Origin: Phoronis australis | Taxonomy: Eukaryota > Animalia > Phoronida | Length of the DNA stretch: 64,000 nt | Direction of reading: 5' to 3' | NCBI GenBank assembly: GCA_002633005.1 | Contig: NMRA01000609.1 | Coordinates: 48,977-112,976 of the forward strand | Shown here: positions 63,301 through 64,000 of the stretch, in pieces | How the letters are laid out: every line of letters starts with the position of its first letter | How positions within the stretch are numbered: the stretch's first letter is position 1 | Notes under the pieces: model-generated | Told to the model about the DNA's origin: nothing | Seen by the model: the letters and a program-made list of their open reading frames with translations, nothing else | Database searches by the model: none | Translations under genes and position numbers: made by a program

Positions 63301-63939
63301 CATACAGATGTGCAGTACCAAATGATACAAATTTGCCATTTAATAATGCCATTTAAAGTCTTCAACTTAACTGGCAATCCACTTTTAAATGGTCATTCAC
63401 ACGTGCACTTGACCCAATTTTAAACGCAGATTAGTTCCATTCAATTGTCCTTGGCCTGCCATTGACACTCAGCAGCTTCTCCTGGCTGTACAGATATCAT
63501 GGCTATACTGTGTCGTACTTTGTGTTGGCCTTATGAATTGAATATGGTGTGACCAGGTCAAGATTGTTGTAGAAAATACAAAATTGTTGGTAGATATTGC
63601 AAAGGGACTTCTGGGAAATGGTCTATTCATGTTGAGTAGCTCACTCACTGTATTTTGCTTTGTTCGGTTCTAACTACAGTAATGGTTTGGTATTCACAAT
63701 TAATGGCAAATTGTGTTCCTCGAGAATTCTACTTGTTGGTCCTTAGCGCGTGTACTATTTGCCTGCATAAATGTCGTCTGCTATTCACTGCTTTCTTGGT
63801 TGCAGACGTTGTAACGTCACCGTGGCAGGCAGAGGAAATGGACAATGCGTCAAAAGGAAGAAGGTTCCGCACGTTATCTTACACGCTCACGTTGGGGGCT
63901 TCATTTGGACCAAAGACGTCGCCGGCGACGGAGAAGCAG
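21010..63939 (+). CDS. GRAMD1B: GRAMD1/Aster family ER-plasma membrane sterol transfer protein (GRAM + start of VASt domain); 3' end lies outside the window
   Basis: Exons 21010-21341 (putative first), 42039-42170, 42559-42751, 47651-47735, 48326-48429, 52305-52481, 55675-55827, 60965-61190, 62455-62598, 63806-63939; all GT-AG and in phase. The translation WFNSVLSPTYKTRSDELRKQFKDVPHDERLLIDYSCALQKNILVHGRLYV...TKERTARVIPNAIQ...FFTSFGSRDKAYLTMFRVWQN...YGEDLGLT matches GRAMD1A/B/C. It is probably a pro-ortholog of the three vertebrate genes. Confidence 0.93.
21370..21515. mobile_element. Foldback MITE with perfect 27-bp central stem
   Basis: 21407-21433 pairs with 21442-21468; outer ttcaaaatggct/agccattttgaa; related gaaccagttttc cores at about 22650 and 32107. 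Confidence 0.75.
21850..22070 (+). repeat. Dispersed repeat, diverged copy at about 59424-59655
   Basis: tttgttacaaaaggc...attatgcaagaaaatg...caaggtga...ggtcgtt.gctctac...tgtgtgaa...tctaac shared in the same order. Confidence 0.7.
23489..24112. mobile_element. Degenerate element with gtcaactc.taccc subterminal repeats
   Basis: Two gtcaa.tc.taccc motifs at left and inverted gggtacga motifs at about 24065 and 24099. Confidence 0.4.
25685..25785 (-). mobile_element. Second tRNA-derived SINE-like head (different body)
   Basis: Reverse strand gtggcctaagtgcttaaag...ccaggttccaatcct shows degenerate A and B boxes. Confidence 0.5.
29530..29696 (+). mobile_element. Full-length CAG...CTG MITE, apparent 5-bp TSD ATGGC
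   Basis: atggc|caggagcagatccagga...atccgccactg|atggc; partial duplicate at 30844-30946. Confidence 0.75.
29595..32093. repeat. About 1.25-kb tandem duplication joined at a single N (30843)
   Basis: 29595-30842 versus 30844-32093 near-identical; ORFs are duplicated in the track. Confidence 0.95.
32091..32166. mobile_element. Small foldback element related to the 21370 MITE
   Basis: gggatcctgcattttgagaaccagttt ... aaactggttctcaaaatccaggaaccc. Confidence 0.7.
33493..33720 (-). pseudogene. Possible degenerate THAP zinc-finger N-terminus (transposon relic)
   Basis: MPTKYYCCAVSYSSD...KFFAFP resembles THAP M..C.V..C...FF.FP; second Cys and the downstream W/CxxH are missing. Confidence 0.3.
37543..37619. 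repeat. About 39-bp tandem duplication
   Basis: ccaatcat.ataggtatgtaaattt(t)ctcacttcaaag occurs twice. Confidence 0.85.
38531..38678. repeat. 22-bp minisatellite, about 6.5 units
   Basis: agtgg recurs at 38544, 38566, 38588, 38610, 38632, 38654. Confidence 0.9.
41763..41999 (+). mobile_element. tRNA-derived SINE family A
   Basis: gaggcagtttggtctagtg (A box), ttcgagtccc (B box), shared body and tail. Confidence 0.85.
42039..42170 (+). CDS. GRAMD1B: GRAMD1 symmetric phase 2-2 exon (KRQSAERACEESNQESPKNECAIPAVPSASPLTSMPGATNGQSE)
   Basis: tttcttgcccttgacag acceptor, GA|GTAAGA donor, 132 nt open, GC-richer than flanks. Confidence 0.7.
42445..42502. repeat. Short tandem duplication (about 27 bp x2)
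   Basis: ttcgatttttgtttagcattagttgtt occurs twice. Confidence 0.85.
42559..42751 (+). CDS. GRAMD1B: GRAMD1 exon (KSDEEKELVEF...KKRPATWFNS)
   Basis: ttttcctag acceptor, AGT|GTGAGT donor; ends in WFN, equivalent to vertebrate WYN-VLSPTY. Confidence 0.9.
46468..47506. mobile_element. About 1.04-kb Tc1/mariner (pogo-like) non-autonomous element with TA TSD
   Basis: TA|ccgtaaagtcgcgggttaacgccc ... gggcgttaatctgcgagtttacga|TA; subterminal gcccactgc.tgggtaatc.ccca repeats at 46543 and 47423. Confidence 0.75.
47651..47735 (+). CDS. GRAMD1B: GRAMD1 exon, start of GRAM domain (VLSPTYKTRSDELRKQFKDVPHDERLLI)
   Basis: tttccag acceptor, G|GTAAGA donor; family motif. Confidence 0.96.
48326..48429 (+). 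CDS. GRAMD1B: GRAMD1 GRAM exon (DYSCALQKNILVHGRLYVTQGSICFYSNIFTMETT)
   Basis: tttcag acceptor, GTGAGT donor; GRAM core motif. Confidence 0.97.
49815..50050 (+). mobile_element. tRNA-derived SINE family A
   Basis: gtggcctggttg A box, ggttcaagtccc B box, shared body. Confidence 0.85.
51580..51817 (+). mobile_element. tRNA-derived SINE family A (inside the duplicated segment)
   Basis: Near-identical to the 49815 copy. Confidence 0.8.
52305..52481 (+). CDS. GRAMD1B: GRAMD1 GRAM exon (LTIKFKDITAMTKERTARVIPNAIQITTGSDKYFFTSFGSRDKAYLTMFRVWQNSQLEQ)
   Basis: Strong polypyrimidine tract plus TAG; CAG|GTATAG donor; GRAM motif. Confidence 0.97.
54638..54795. repeat. 20-bp tandem repeat plus short palindrome, probably MITE-derived
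   Basis: cgacctgcaggtcaccaatg occurs twice; cgacttggcaatgttgccaagtcg at 54771-54794. Confidence 0.6.
55212..55439 (+). mobile_element. tRNA-derived SINE family A
   Basis: ggttcgagtcccac B box, ctcctcagctc, ttccaggtgatcag, tgcgcacgtctg. Confidence 0.85.
55675..55827 (+). CDS. GRAMD1B: GRAMD1 exon (PLSSNQLWSLIHAAYGEDLGLTASDDDY...IIRK)
   Basis: Long pyrimidine tract plus CAG; AAG|GTAGGT donor; matches PL...LW...H..YG.ELGLT. Confidence 0.94.
56069..56082. promoter_or_regulatory. RFX X-box-like motif GTTGCCATGGATAC
   Basis: 14-bp match to the X-box consensus, in a GRAMD1 intron. Confidence 0.3.
57542..57672 (+). promoter_or_regulatory. Candidate intronic promoter: CRE half-sites, GC box, SRE, DR5-like element, TATA, Inr
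   Basis: TGACGCAA 57542, TGACG 57552, GGGGGCGG 57565, GTCACGCCAT 57600-57609, AGGTCA-n5-AGGGCA 57612-57628, TATATAAG 57639-57646, CCATTC with A at 57670. Confidence 0.45.
57694..57765 (+). CDS. Candidate internal alternative first exon of GRAMD1 (MLMTINQLLLRHSPRLRRCKKSRQ)
   Basis: acaATG, 24 open codons, CAG|GTAAAA in phase 0 matching exon 60965; directly downstream of a TATA/SRE/GC-box cluster. Confidence 0.45.
60965..61190 (+). CDS. GRAMD1B: GRAMD1 acidic linker exon (EENEKADG...DSGDTTEDSE)
   Basis: Open acidic frame, AAG|GTGAGT donor in phase 1; acceptor ttacag is weak, so the 5' boundary is less certain. Confidence 0.8.
61191..61251. repeat. 18-bp repeat built from the splice donor and G-runs
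   Basis: gtgagtgaca...gggggctg-gtgagtggcagggggctg-gtgaatgacagggggctg-gtg. Confidence 0.8.
62455..62598 (+). CDS. GRAMD1B: GRAMD1 exon, start of VASt/ASTER domain (GEVVCSGHDHGGVLNLDKEFNINVDVLFDMLFTDSDFMKAFYKERKTT)
   Basis: tttcag acceptor, CAG|GTGAGA donor; VD.LF..LFTDS.F motif. Confidence 0.94.
63049..63253. repeat. About 100-bp tandem duplication
   Basis: 63049-63144 versus 63150-63253 differ by one substitution and a short insertion. Confidence 0.9.
63806..63939 (+). CDS. GRAMD1B: GRAMD1 VASt exon (DVVTSPWQAEEMDNASKGRRFRTLSYTLTLGASFGPKTSPATEKQ)
   Basis: ttgcag acceptor, CAG|GTACGA donor; PW...R..SYT......GPKT....E.Q motif. Confidence 0.94.
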
Positions 63940-64000
63940 GTACGACTCTACAAGGTTTTGACACAGTCTATGCTAATGCTGTGATTGTAATACCTTATTG

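Overview
AT-rich, intron-rich animal genomic DNA, probably a marine invertebrate deuterostome (inferred from composition, intron style and repeat types). Most ORFs in the supplied track are spurious; the genes were rebuilt by hand from GT-AG exons with consistent reading phase. (1) A complete 12-exon IFT46 gene on the minus strand (CDS 20677->9121, 378 aa). (2) Head-to-head with it, about 330 bp away, the 5' part of a GRAMD1/Aster sterol-transfer gene on the plus strand (GRAM domain complete, VASt domain beginning, gene runs off the right end). (3) The probable first two coding exons of an unidentified minus-strand gene at the left edge. Introns and intergenic DNA hold tRNA-derived SINEs, several MITE or foldback elements, minisatellites, one 136-N gap and two tandem duplications joined at a single N (probably haplotype artefacts). 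The two most interesting inferences concern Aster. One is an intronic promoter (SREBP-type site, GC box, CRE half-sites, TATA) with an in-frame first exon that would make a GRAM-less Aster. The other is a series of ATG-initiated phase-2 candidate first exons in the 20.7-kb first intron. Neither can be confirmed without transcript data.
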